Below are positions 13,765 to 26,283 of a DNA stretch of 64,000 bases, in pieces. Position numbers and translations under genes: made by a program. The stretch lies in assembly GCA_001643675.2 (NCBI GenBank), contig LSRY02000036.1, positions 1 through 64,000 on the forward strand. The letters run 5' to 3'. Numbering within the stretch: position 1 is the stretch's first letter; every line of letters starts with the position of its first letter. The notes beneath the pieces were generated by a model that saw only the letters and a list, made by a program, of their open reading frames with translations, searched no databases and was not told the DNA's origin. This stretch comes from Monocercomonoides exilis PA203 (Eukaryota; Protista; Preaxostyla).

Positions 13765-14853
13765 ATGAAATATAATACTAATATATTCAAGGAATTTATG
13801 TCTTCTGAAGATGAGAGAGAAAAAGAATTGGAATTAAGTGATTCTGATGATGAAGAAAATAAATTAATGAATATTTGCAAAGGAAGATCGTTGAATAATT
13901 TTGGGAAAACATGTGCCTTCAATTCTTTATGTCAATGTTTTGCTTCCTTATGCATTAACAAATGCACAAAAGAAAGTCACATTTCCAAAAATCAAAGTTA
14001 TTTTTTGAATATTTTGGAAGAAATTCGGAATCCATCAAAAGCAGTAAAAGGTTGGGGAAAGAGGAGAATGAAGAATTTTTATGAACTGCTGTTTGGATGT
14101 CTGGATGAACCAAAAATTTTAACTGACGTGTTCACTGCAGTTATGGAATTTCTATCAAAAAATAATTCGAATTTGAAGGAGATGTTTTTGATTCGTAGTC
14201 ATCGAATAAATATGTGCACTAGCTGCCATCATTTATCTTCATCGTTAAGAAAAGCAGGTTATTATATTTCAATCGCTGGATCAGATATTGTCGGTGGGTT
14301 GAATTGTGTGTTTCAAGCCTCAGATGATTTTGCTGAGAATCTGCTTTCAAATTGTCAAAACTGTTGGAGGAAATCTGCATTTGAAAACTGGATTTGGCTT
14401 TACGATTTCCCTTTCATTTTGTGTATTTATCACAAGTTCATTGATGGAGATTATGTGAGTTCTCCTCCAATCAAATTATTCTTCAGAAGTCAAGGACTTG
14501 GCCCAAATGATTTTCATGTGTTCTGTTCTCATGCGTTATCTTCAATCGACAATCATTCATCTGATAGTGAGATAGTTGCAAAATACAACTTCGTTGGAAC
14601 AATTATCCATTCTTCATTGAAGCATAAAGAAGGGCATTTTATTTCAATAGTCAAAAATGGAAGTTCTTATGACCATTCCAATGACAGCTTTTTGCAGTGC
14701 GATGACGACAAAATTTCAATTATTGACTTCAATAAATGGGACCAATACTGGAATTATCTTTCAGAAGAAAAATGGAATTTTTCAATGAGTTTTTTCAAAC
14801 TGATTGAAACAAAATACAGAAATAGTTCATCCAAACCCTTCTTGGATAAATGA
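13765..14853 (+). CDS. Ubiquitin-specific protease (peptidase C19)-like domain, probably the 3' exon of a larger gene
   Basis: Cys box LNNFGKTCAFNSLCQC, zinc-ribbon pairs CTSC and CQNC, FPFIL motif, His box GHFISIVK and FLQCDDDKIS. The Cys/His/Asp triad appears intact. A possible splice donor AG|GTATAT lies upstream at 13713. Confidence 0.8.
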   Translation: MKYNTNIFKEFMSSEDEREKELELSDSDDEENKLMNICKGRSLNNFGKTCAFNSLCQCFASLCINKCTKESHISKNQSYFLNILEEIRNPSKAVKGWGKRRMKNFYELLFGCLDEPKILTDVFTAVMEFLSKNNSNLKEMFLIRSHRINMCTSCHHLSSSLRKAGYYISIAGSDIVGGLNCVFQASDDFAENLLSNCQNCWRKSAFENWIWLYDFPFILCIYHKFIDGDYVSSPPIKLFFRSQGLGPNDFHVFCSHALSSIDNHSSDSEIVAKYNFVGTIIHSSLKHKEGHFISIVKNGSSYDHSNDSFLQCDDDKISIIDFNKWDQYWNYLSEEKWNFSMSFFKLIETKYRNSSSKPFLDK

Positions 14854-15337
14854 ATGTTTCACATATTTTTTTATATTCATTAGTGCACATCATAAATCAT
14901 TCCACTAAATAATAAATATCAACTGAGATAAAAACATTTATTTTATTAAAAAAATTTGAAATAAAAATTTGAAAATAACATTATATAATTCAAATGAATT
15001 GACATTTAGTTGTCATATTGAATAACATAAACACAATTACACGTATATATTTGAATATCATTAATAAGTTAACAACTAAGTAAAATTAATACCAAGTGTG
15101 ATGTGGTGATTATAAAATAAAGTGAGTGAGAAATGGTAAGTGAGAAATTTAGAGTGTTAAATGATGTATTGATTTGTATTTACTGGAGAATTTTTCTGTA
15201 TGTTGTCTTTTCTGATATATTTCCCTTTGAATATCTATTTCTATACGGAACAAATGAATATTTCATTATAAACTTTATGTTTTTTCTTTATTCAATTGGT
15301 GTTTTGATCATTGATGACAATTATCAATCCCATTAAA

Positions 15338-17481
15338 ATGATTATATCTATCTCTCCTCTTTCAATATCTTTTTCCTCCATCAAACACGTTCTTCACCAA
15401 ATGCTGCTGTTGTTCATGTTGGAACTGAATCTCAACGAGAAACACCTGGAAGATTGGCTTTATTTGATGTGAACAGCCATCGCTTCGAATGGTGCGAATG
15501 GAATGATTCAAATGGATGAAGTGATTGGGATGGTGCGCTTTATGTTGCTTGCATTTATGCCAATCTCACAATCACTTCTTGTTCTTTCAACAAATGCTCA
15601 ACAACAAATCATGGAGGAGCGATATTATACCAATACTTATTGCAAATCAGACTCTCAAAATCCAATTTCACAAACTGTTCAGCTGCTCATGGAGGAGCTG
15701 TTGAAATAGCATATCCACAATCCACTTCCGATCGGTCCTTCTCAGAAAATAGAGTTAAAAGTTGCTCAATTACTAACTGGTGCGGAACTGGTTGGTATTT
15801 TTTAATTTGTGCTTTTCCAGAAAACGGTCAATTCCTGTTCATTAAATGCGAGTTCATCTCAAATTCCGGTGGAGATTCTGCTGGTTCTTTAACATTTCGT
15901 TATCCTCCAAGCAACAAACCGAGTCAATTTTTGGTTGATGATTGTCAGTTCATTTGCAATAAATTGACAAGTTCACCAACTTCCAATGGTGGTGCGGCGT
16001 TGTGCTGCACAGCAACTTATTCCTGGATGAGTGGAATAAAATTCATCACATTTTGTTTCTTCGATGGCAACACTGCCAAAAATGACAGAGGAAATGATGT
16101 ATTTTTCAGTGGTAATGCCATCACCCAATCTCCATTCCAGCAATGTGGCTCAACAACCCCAGCTAAAAGAGTGTGGAATAATGGACAAACAGACAATGAA
16201 ACTTTCAATGGATGGCTCCCTCTCATAACAACTTTCAAAATCGTGTCAAATAATGGAACAAACACCGATCTCTGCGGAATCACACAACTCAGTCCATGCA
16301 AAACAATTGAATTCGCTCTTGTTCGCATGACAGATGAACTAGATGCCTCCCTCTCTCTTCTCGTCTCCACTTTCACTCCCACAAAGACTCTCACATTTCG
16401 TGCTCCAAATACAAAAATCACTGGAAATGGCACAACTGCCACCACCATCGCCTCCAGTGGCATTCCCCAACCACAAAACTCACATTCACAGTCATCACAA
16501 TCAGCATCATCATTTTCTTCATTTTCATCATTTTCATCTGCATCTTCTTCACCAGATCCATCTGCCACTTCTGCCCTCTTCGCACAAGCACAGGGCTCCC
16601 TCACAGTCTCCGCCCTTGCCATCTCCCACAACTCCTCAAACCCCATCACTCCCATCCTCTTCCACCTCTCCGATAACTCCCCTTCCCTCAACCTCAACGC
16701 AACCATTATCACCGGAACAACCTCCAATTCAATAAAAACTCCCCTCTTCTTCCTCACTGCTGGCTCCCTCGCCCTCAACCACACAGCAATCACAAAACTC
16801 ACCCTCAACAGCCAAAGCATCTTCCACCTCACCTCCCTCACATCTCCCCTCACCCTCAACTCCTCCAGCATCACCCACATCACCTCCACTGCCTCCCCCA
16901 CCAGCTGTGTCCTCTCCTCTGCCACCTCCCCTGCCCTCTCCCTCTCCCTCACCAACTGCACCATCACCAACATCAACTTAGCTCCACAGCTATATCAACA
17001 GACTGCCACCAATGGCTGGTGCATCTCATTCGCCTCATCTGCCCCTGCCAACTCGTTTTCAGTGAGCAACACCATCTTCTCCACCTGCTCTGTGAGCGAG
17101 GATACAAGTTCTGGAGGAAGAGGCGGTGCTCTCATGATCGAGTACAAGGATAATCCACAAGTGTCAGCATCCTCCTTTTCCATCACCAATATCATGCTTT
17201 CAGGCAACAAGGCCAGTGTCGGAAGAGATATATTTTTTGTATGCGAATCATTTGTCGCTTCTGTAAAAGGCCCTTGTTCTCCTTCATGGGAAACATCACT
17301 CAGAAAGACAACTCGATTGTTGGACATGACAGAAGCAATTGTAATGCCGATTAATAAATCTTTATCAACGGGCATGCAGCTAACAATGAATATGTGGATG
17401 GTCATCTTGGTATCAAAGCAATGTATTGTTGGACATCAAAGATGCCCTGCAAGAGGACACACAATGCGATGGGTTTTCTGA
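15338..17481 (+). pseudogene. Beta-helix / pectin-lyase-fold-like putative surface protein, disrupted
   Basis: Repeated GGA-type motifs (HGGAV, NGGAAL, GRGGALM), FxxN/CxF repeats and CG..SPCKTI. There is an in-frame stop upstream of the 15640 ORF and the 3' end looks frameshifted. Confidence 0.6.
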
Positions 17482-20400
17482 AGAAGGTGCAGATTATAAG
17501 GCAGAAATCATTTCATGAGCTGGCTTGTCGGTGAATTTATGTGCAAACGAAGGCAAAGTCGAAGAAATTTGAAGAGAAGGCACAAACACAAAAAATAAGA
17601 AATTGACTCAAAAACACTTTTGATGGATTAATCATTACATGTCTACAGTAAATTCGGTTGTTTCATAGAAATTCTTTTTTAAAATGAATTTTCCTCCAAA
17701 TCGCTTTCCTTCATCGTCTCATCTTTGATTGCTTGTTGAAGGCTCGTAGCATTGTAAAAATCTGAAGAAGAACATCATTTTAATCATTTATTCTGAGCGA
17801 GAAATGCTTCGATAATATGTTCGTTTCATCTGATCCTCTTTCAGCTTCCAAATGAAAATGGAAAAATCGTCCTCTTTTTCTGATTTTGCTTCGTCTTATC
17901 AGCTTTTTTCGACTCGAAATCACCTCTATTGCTATTTAAATTTGGCTACATTTTGTAATAGAATGAATATACGTTTTGTGCTTCCGAAAAGAAAATAAAA
18001 GACGAGGCTTATCCCTGAATTTGACGAAAGTTGAATGAAACGAATGCAAAAACATTTTTTGTTTCTAATCGAAGAAGAAGAAGAAGAAGAAGTCAATTTG
18101 AATGAAATGAATCGTCCAGATGGCTTTTTTTCTCATCAGAATAATGAATGAAAAATGAAATGAAGGCGCATTTGGTGAACGGTCGTTGAGATGAAGAAAT
18201 ATGAATGAAGCAATTTTCGGTTCAATTTGTCAATGCTTCTGATTGAATGCAACACGCACATGAGAAAGTCAATGGTCAAATCCAATATCAAGTGAGTGTA
18301 GACAACATTGAAAGCGTTGAAGATGTCGAGAGGAAGAAGAACATAAATAAGAAGTTGAAGATGGTACAGTTGGTGGGATAGGACAAAAAGCAGTGGCAAT
18401 TAAAGAATTTGAAGAAGATGATGAAGGAAATGAGGAGGAGTAGGAGGAGGAAGGCGAAAAAAAAAAGACATCAGCTTTTCCAAGTAATGATGAGCGATTG
18501 AAAAAACTGAATGTGTTCTGAACGTGAATGTTCAACCAGCTCATTAGCTCAGACAAAAAGATTCGCTTCTGCCAAACACTCTCAACAAACACACCAAAAT
18601 AACTGCTTTTTCTCTCTTTCAAGCTCATCTTAAGCATTGTCCGGTTATGTAACATGCAAAACAGATGGAGGAAGCCATGAATGAAGTCGTTGAAAGCAAT
18701 CCAAACATGAATAATCTCAAAACTTCTTTCTCTTTTGAAAAAGGTTCAAAAGATTTCTCTCTTTCTTCGTGGCATTCCTGTTCATGGTCAATTTGCATTC
18801 ACTAAAAGAACGTCATTAAAGAAAAATGAATGAAATAAAAAAGTCAAACCATCTTTTTTTTGGACTTGAAATATTTTTCCATCTACAATGGGTTAGTAAT
18901 TACCGGTCCAACTGGTTTTCTTGTTCTTAGAATCCATTGTGAAGTTGGCTGTGATATCAGATGAAAACACATATTCTCCAAATTAACTCCTTTTCAAAAC
19001 CCAATTCAACGACAAGTCTTTGCTGATGGCTTTCCAACTTGCTTCGTTCAAAAGGCAAATGAGATTGTAATTGAGGCCTGCTGAGTGTTTTGCTCAACTC
19101 GTTTCCTCCATTGTCCAACCCCCAATTCCCTTTCCTTTTCCACAAATAAAATCTTCCTCCCAATAAGCCCATGAAAAATAAGTCCCACCCAATAGAAATG
19201 CCAAGTGAGACACATTTCCCTCGAAATGAACAAGCGGTTCAATTCAATCTTTCTGAAATTCTCCTCGCTTTTTTTCTGCATCTTGCTTGAGTTATTTTTC
19301 ATCAAAATATCGCAGCCAGCGTTATGCCATATGTTTTGTAATTTATTACCAAGTTCAAATCTCATATAATTTTACTCACCAATTCACTTTTCGCAAACAA
19401 TATTGGAAAACAGCCACTCACTCCTCCATCTGCAAGCAAAATCCCTGTTCTTCTGCAGTGCTTTAATTCGCATGGGTGTATCCTTGGTCGTGCATCAAAG
19501 CAGCTCAAACATGCTCTGGCTGTTGCAAATCACCAATAAAAAATCTTCAATGATAAAATTATACGTTGGACACCCTTATTAATAAACAAAACAATAAATG
19601 AATGTTTTGCTGCCCTTCGTCTTGCCTGTTTTGAGGCAAAAGAATGAAAATGATGCAGGGGAATAAGTTCATGATTGTGCATGTTCAGGTATTTTAATCG
19701 ATATTTTTGACTCTTTTGAAGCAGATGTTCCTCCAACATTCAGAAAAGGAATCAATTTTTTGCTTCAACTTGATTTTTCCGAATGCACAGCACCAGCAAC
19801 AAATGTTTTATGGTGTGCACAGGGCATTATTGAATCACTATTCAGGCGATTTTATCTGTTCTTTTTTAATTATTTTGAAAAAAGAAATTATTTTTTGACT
19901 TTTGAAAGAGGCTTGGGAGATTGAACAATTTGAGTGAACTGGAGCAAAAATGGGAAAGCGAAGAAAAGGATGGAATTGGAAGATGTGAGATTTGAAGAGA
20001 CGAGGCGATTTGTGGGGTGAGTGGTTGGAAAGAAAATGGAGAAAATGGCGGATGGAAAGGGATTGGGGTTGGGGGATGTGATTTTGGCATTGGAGCATTT
20101 GGTGGGATGCTTTGAAGAGCCAAAGGCCTTGAAGGATGATGACTTGTTATTTTTGTTCTTGACTGAGGAAAAGATACAAGAAAAAGAATTTTTACGAAAA
20201 GAAGAAGAACAAATAAGAAAAGGATGAAAGACTTCTGGGGGAATGTTTGCAATGGAACGTAATTCTGAATGGAGGCCTTTCAGTGGAATTGGTGTAGATT
20301 TGTGTGGCTTGCCTGCTGAAAGGTGTGTTGGAGAAAGAAGGAAAGGGAGGAGACTCAAAAAGAAGTTGAAATGAGTTTGCTTGGCTTGAGTCATTTTCAC

Positions 20401-21562
20401 ATAATATTCAAGTGTGACTTATTTTAATTTTCAATTTTTTATTTTTATTTTTATTTTTTGAAATGCATTTATTTTGAATAAGAGACAGACAACGAGTGAT
20501 GTTTGAAGGAAGAAACAGGAAACATCAAGTGCAATCAGAAGCAGCACAATTTAAGGGGAATTGCGAATGGATGAGTTTTGGAGAAATTGATGAAGAGATT
20601 GATGAAGCGCAGAGAGATGGAAGAAGTGAGAGTGAATGAGCTGGGTTTTTGGGGAGAAGATTCAAAAGAAGTGGGAGAGATGGGAAAGGATGTGAGTTGG
20701 AAGAGAGAATATGATGAGAGAAGGGAGAGAATGATTGAACTCTGATGGGTGTGATTGAAAGAAGATGAAAAAGAGGAATTTGAAGAAATCAACATTTTCA
20801 GTTTCTGAGGGGAAAGAGGAGGCAACCACTCAAGAGCAGTCAATGAACAGTGGACATCCAATTCAATTGGTATGCATCAATCTGTTTGCCACATATTTTG
20901 TGATTATGTTTTTTTTTTTCCAATATGAAGTTCACTTATCAAATACAATATTTTTTCTCAATGACAGCATCACATGAAGCCTTTTCATCATTTTCTTCAG
21001 AAATATCATTCGATTTATTGCACATTTCTCTTTCACCTCATCTCTTTTTCTTCTTCTTCTTCATTCAACAAAAATGAAACTTTTCTTCAATTAAACAGCG
21101 CTTTCTCCAAGTATCTTAATTTTTTGATAAAATGACTTTTTTTCATCTTTCAACAGAACTGCTGTTTAAACTTATTCTCCTTCAACAGTGTCCATTGTTT
21201 TATAATAAATTGCTTGTATTGTTTTAAAACCATGATAGATAATTTCCAATTGTCAGATGAATTGATTATTTAACAAATAACAAAAAGTGATGAAATGTTC
21301 ATATTGGCGAAAAATAAAAAAAGAAATTTTAATTGGAAAATATGTGAACTTCAAAAAAAAATATCAAAAACTAGAAAACAAATAATGAACGATGTTAGAA
21401 TAATAACGAATAAATGAAATAAAAATTCGATGAAGAAGATGCAGTTTCAGATACATTTCTGAAAGGTGAATTGTTTCTATTTCTGGTCGTGCTGGTGAGC
21501 TTTTAACATGTCTGCGAGTCTTCTCCAAAAACTTCTCAAGCTCATTGATATTTTTCAAAACA

Positions 21563-22069
21563 TTTTTCAATGGAAATAAATAATGTGAATATGGTTTATA
21601 TTTTCAAAAATTGAATTGTTCAATTGTTAAAAAAACTCATATATAAATTGCACATATAACTTTTATGCATCGGAAAAATACAAAAGATAAGAAAAACATT
21701 GAATTTTCCCGAAAATGTGCGAAATATAAAGTCTCGATCACAAAAGTGGTCACTAATTTTTCTTCAGATTTTGCAATAAACAGACATAAAAAGATGTGGG
21801 GAAGCGAACTGTGTGGAAATCTGAGAAAAAATTAGTGACCACTTTTGTGATCGTCAGTCATTTAGAAAAACACTTTTATTAAGGTTCTCATCAGATTTGA
21901 TCCATTGAATGATCGAAACTATAATTAAACTGAAAATTGAAATGACTGACGATCACAAAAGTGGTCACTAATTTTTTCTCAGATTTCCACACAGTTCGCT
22001 TCCCCACATCTTTTTATGTCTGTTTATTGCAAAATCTGAAGAAAAATTAGTGACCACTTTTGTGATCGA
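21563..22069 (+). repeat. Left TIR of element A, with nested inverted repeats
   Basis: Reverse complement of 27197-27703; the coordinate sum is 49266 at both the outer and inner ends. Confidence 0.95.
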
Positions 22070-22380
22070 AATTTTCAATTTGATAATTTTTCATGAAGAT
22101 TTTCGTTTTGTTAAATGTATTCGTTATTTATTTATTTTCTAACATATATTTGTTTATAATTTATTGTTATTATGTTATTTGCATCAGTTTTTGTTAGAAA
22201 CATGTATGCGTTGATTTTTGTTTGAAGACAATTAATTGTGATATCAGTTTCTAATATTATTTCATTGTTTTGATATAATCACATAACATGAATGTTTATT
22301 TTTTTGAGTGAAACATAGTGTTTTTCACCGAAAAAGAAATGTAACTTTTGTTCCATAATAAATTCAGAAAAGAAAAAACA

Positions 22381-25300
22381 ATGAATATTACCAAACCACA
22401 ATCGACTCTTTATTCTCAATGCAAAGTTATTTGGAAAGAAATTGAACGAATTGGTGGAGATAACATGGATTCATTGCTTGTCTATCTTTTATACAACTAC
22501 AGACAATCATCTTCAGTAATTAACGATTTACTGAAGTCTTTGAATGGTTTGGTTCTTAATATTTTTGTATTGTGTCAAAAAATGTCATTTTGACTTTCGA
22601 TTATTTTTTTCTTTTTTATTTGATTATGATTTATATTTTTTTAACAGAATATCACATTAAGCTGCTGGAAGACCTGTCTGTGGTGTACAACAACGCTCCG
22701 TTGCGCACTCAGACAACAATGCTGCAAGCGCTGTCACGCAACACATCATTATCCGATTTACAAGACTATGGATATGATGTGACAGAAGGCAAATTTATTT
22801 ATGCGAAACAAACATTAAAAAAAAACCAAGGATTTATTATTCCGCCTCAAAAACCTCATCTTCCCTCTTGCAGAAGTGGTTTGCAATTATTTAAATATTT
22901 TTTTTGAATAATTTTCTCTGTTTATTTTTAGGCTTAAATGAACAGGAATGGGAAAAAGGGCAACAACTGGATGTTAGCCCATTCCACTGAAGCCTCGACA
23001 TCACTTCAGTCAGCAAAGAAAAAGCAGCGGGCTGAGCCGGACTATGCGAGATTTATTGATGAAGATGCCTGGGAAGAAGAAATAATCACAGAAAACTCTT
23101 CTTCAAAAAGAAAACAATCGTCTTCATCTTCTTCATCATCTCAGCAAAATAAAAAATCAAGTGTTATTTCAAAAAATAATTCTTCATCAACAAATTCTTC
23201 ACCTTCTCAATCTATTGAGGCTCCAATCAACACTCCAATTATGAGAGAAATAAGATCAACAATAAGAAAAACAAATAAATCACATCAAAAACGTCACTCG
23301 TCTCCTTCTCCAATTCCAATACACAAATTCTTCAAAACAAAAAAACCATCAACATGTTCTTCTTCTTCTTCCTCTTCCTCTTCCTCTTCCTCTTCCTCTT
23401 CTTCTTCTTCTTCCTCCTCCTCCTCCTCCTCTTCCTCTTCTTATTCTTCCTCTTCTTCCTCTTCTTCCTCTTCTTCCTCTTCTTCCTCTTCTTCCTCTTC
23501 TTCCTCATCTTCATATTCTTCCTCTTCTTCAAAAAAGCAACAAAAAATAACAATCAATACTTCATTAACTGGCAATTATTCTTCAAATTTAAGAAATGAA
23601 AATGAATGGGTGAGCGAGCAATTGCTTGAATATGTCACTTCTCCCACTCTAATTCCTCCACAGGCATTTCAAGATCTTCTTTCTTCATTTTCAAAAGAGA
23701 ACAACACTTATTCGTCTCCACACAGAACACATTCATATGAAAGTTATAATTCAAATCATGAAAACACTTCGAATATCATTTCAAATAATTACTCAATGGA
23801 TCTTCATCTTTCAAATTGTTCATTTTCTCCATCAGCCTCTTTCAGTGTCGAAACCACTGCAATCTCCTCATCAAAAACTCAGAAAGGATTGAAAAATCTT
23901 GGAAACACTTGCTATCTTTCCTCTCTTCTTCAATGCATGTCTTCAATCACTTCACAAAAACAATCAATAATAAAAAACACATCCTTAAAAAACAATTTAT
24001 CTTCTCGTGTATTGAGTGTTTGTGAACAACTTGCCAAAGATGGAATGGCAGTGCGTTCGTGGGTCCCATCTCTGATCAATAAATGGGAAGATTTCTGTAA
24101 TTATGGAAGCAGACAGCAGCAAAACGTGGCTGAGGCATTTGACAATCATCACCAACTTCTTCAAAAAGATGAGTTGAAAAATAAGGACACCTTCAATCCT
24201 GTTTTAATCACTCATTTCAAATGCCAAAAATGACAAAAAATTTCATCACATTTCAACGAAGCTTGCAACAGTGTTGTCATCAATTCATCATCTCCTCATA
24301 ATGGATTATCATATCTCTTCTCAACAGAGATATTGGATAAAAAGAATAGTTTATTTTGCGATGTATGTAAGGATAAATGCTGTGCTGCGAGATGGGAGGA
24401 AATGGCTGCATTTCCGGAGGTGCTAGCCCTCTGTCTTGAATGCACTGATTCTGCTAGTTCCGCGCCTTCGAGAACGCTGTTGGTTGAAACTGATCGCGTT
24501 AATCAGCGCTCGTTTTGCAAAGGTTTTGCAACAGAAAACATACAACATCTTCTAGAGAGCAATAAGGAAACGATCATTTATCATCTTTCAGGACAAATAC
24601 TATTCAATCGTCTGGATCAAAGAAATGGACATTCCATTGCTATTGTTAAAAGGAAGACAAGAAGTGATGTATTGTGGAATATTTACAATGATGAAAGTGT
24701 TTCTGAATTTGATAATGATAATTGGAATTCATCATGTAAATATATTTACGCTCAGGGTTACACTCCTTCCCTTTCTTTCTACACAAAAGAAAAAACAAAA
24801 CCCACATATTCCACTATTCAATTTGGTGGTTCATCTTCTTCTTTTGAAACATCGAATTTGTACACTTCAAATAGCTCATCATCATCATCATCATCCTCAT
24901 CCTCATCATCCTCATTCATCACTCCACTTCATCCAACAACTTCCATTCCACATCTTTCTTCTTCAATCACATCTTCATATGGATTGGAAGCACTAAAAGA
25001 AAAAAGAAAGAAAACGGGCATCTTTTCTCCCAATGAAAAGAGATTAATCTTCAAGCCCAAGACGAAATTATGGAAAGAGTTTTCAGAAGAAACAAATATC
25101 AAAGTTTCTCTGTCACACTTCTACAAACTCACTTCCAACTTCTCAAAAGCGAAAAGGCGTACAGACCTTTGTGGAATGTGCGAGAAACTCAACTATTTGG
25201 AGAACAAACTAAAATCTTCACAAAACAAAAATGGACTTTCTTCTGCCGAGTTTCATACACTTAAACTTCTTCGTCAACATCGACTTGTTGCAGAAATGCA

Positions 25301-26279
25301 ACGAAAACATTATCAATCGACTGTCGACAATCTAAAAGAGGGAGAAGCTGTCTTCGTCTTCGACTTCAAAGAGAAATGGAAACTCCCCATCAGAAAGAAC
25401 CAACTTCAACAAGAGTTCTTCAACTATCAACAAGTCTCCCAATTCACAATCATCTCACTTCAAAAAATAAACAATCAACTTGTCAAACGAACTTTCAACT
25501 TCTTCTCCGACTGCCTCTCAAATGATCACAGATTTGTCGTTGAGTGTCTGGAAACTGTGATCAAAAGACACTTCTTCTCAGACACTCACACTTTTAAGTT
25601 CTTCTGCTATTCGGGACCTCACAACCGTAATCGCTTCCTTCTTCACTTCATCCTCTCTAAACAATCTTAACTTCTCAAAAAGAAAAATACACAACTCAAC
25701 TTCTTCGCTGAGCATCATGGAAAAAATATCTGTGATAGTGAATTTGGTGCGTTAGTGAATGCAATCGACAACAATCTTTCGATAGAACACATCACTACAC
25801 TTCATGATTTGATCGACTTCTTTGAAAACAATATGAACACTTCAACATCAGCTTCTTCAACTTCTCAATCAAACATTTTCTCAACATCATCATCAAACTC
25901 TTCACCATCTTCAACATCTGTCAATAACTTTGAGCATGAGAGATACTTTGAAGAGTATGTACCATCTCAACAAATCTCATGGCCATCATTGTCAGTCCCT
26001 CACATGAAGGACTACTTGTATTTTGAGCGCAAGGGCTCATTTGTCTGCGCTTCAGCTGTTGGATATCTTCCTCAACGCTCTCTGGTTGCCCTCGAATCTT
26101 CGACAATGAAAGAAAAAGTTCAACGTTCAAGAAAGACCTTCAACTCTGGTAACACATCATCTAACTCTTCTCTTCTTTCTCAATCTTCTCAAGATCTTCT
26201 TTCAAGGAGATTTGAGCTTCTTCTTGACTCTTCATCTTTAAATGAATCTCAAAATTGTATTAATGGTGTCCCCTATTAA
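22381..26279 (+). pseudogene. Spliced gene: N-terminal domain, Ser-rich linker, USP (C19) domain, CxxC and Sola-like DDD transposase; inactivated
   Basis: Phase-1 GT-AG introns at 22547-22647 and 22879-22931. ORFs 22938, 24333 and 25755 share one frame, broken by TGA (24231) and TAA (25668). USP motifs: GLKNLGNTCYLSSLLQC, QQQNVAEAF, GHSIAIVK, WNIYNDESV. Transposase motifs: RRTDLCGMC, FVFDFKEKW, FCYSGPH (catalytic D>Y relative to copy B), FFAEHHGKNICDSEFG. A frameshift is needed near 22955. Confidence 0.85.
23357..23531 (+). repeat. TCT/TCC trinucleotide tract encoding a poly-Ser linker
   Basis: Seen directly; in frame within ORF 22938. Confidence 0.9.
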
Positions 26280-26283
26280 GAAA

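Noticed and set aside
16017-16976. 319-aa antisense ORF
   Set aside because: It is a shadow of the C-rich codon usage of the + strand gene.
17500-21500. Short ORFs as real genes
   Set aside because: Some stretches look like decayed coding sequence, but they have frequent stops and no motif I can recognise.
25668-25670. Non-canonical code (TAA/TAG = Gln, known in some oxymonads)
   Set aside because: Long ORFs here are open in the standard code and use CAA/CAG for Gln. Lesions in decayed genes include TGA stops and frameshifts, which this code would not fix.
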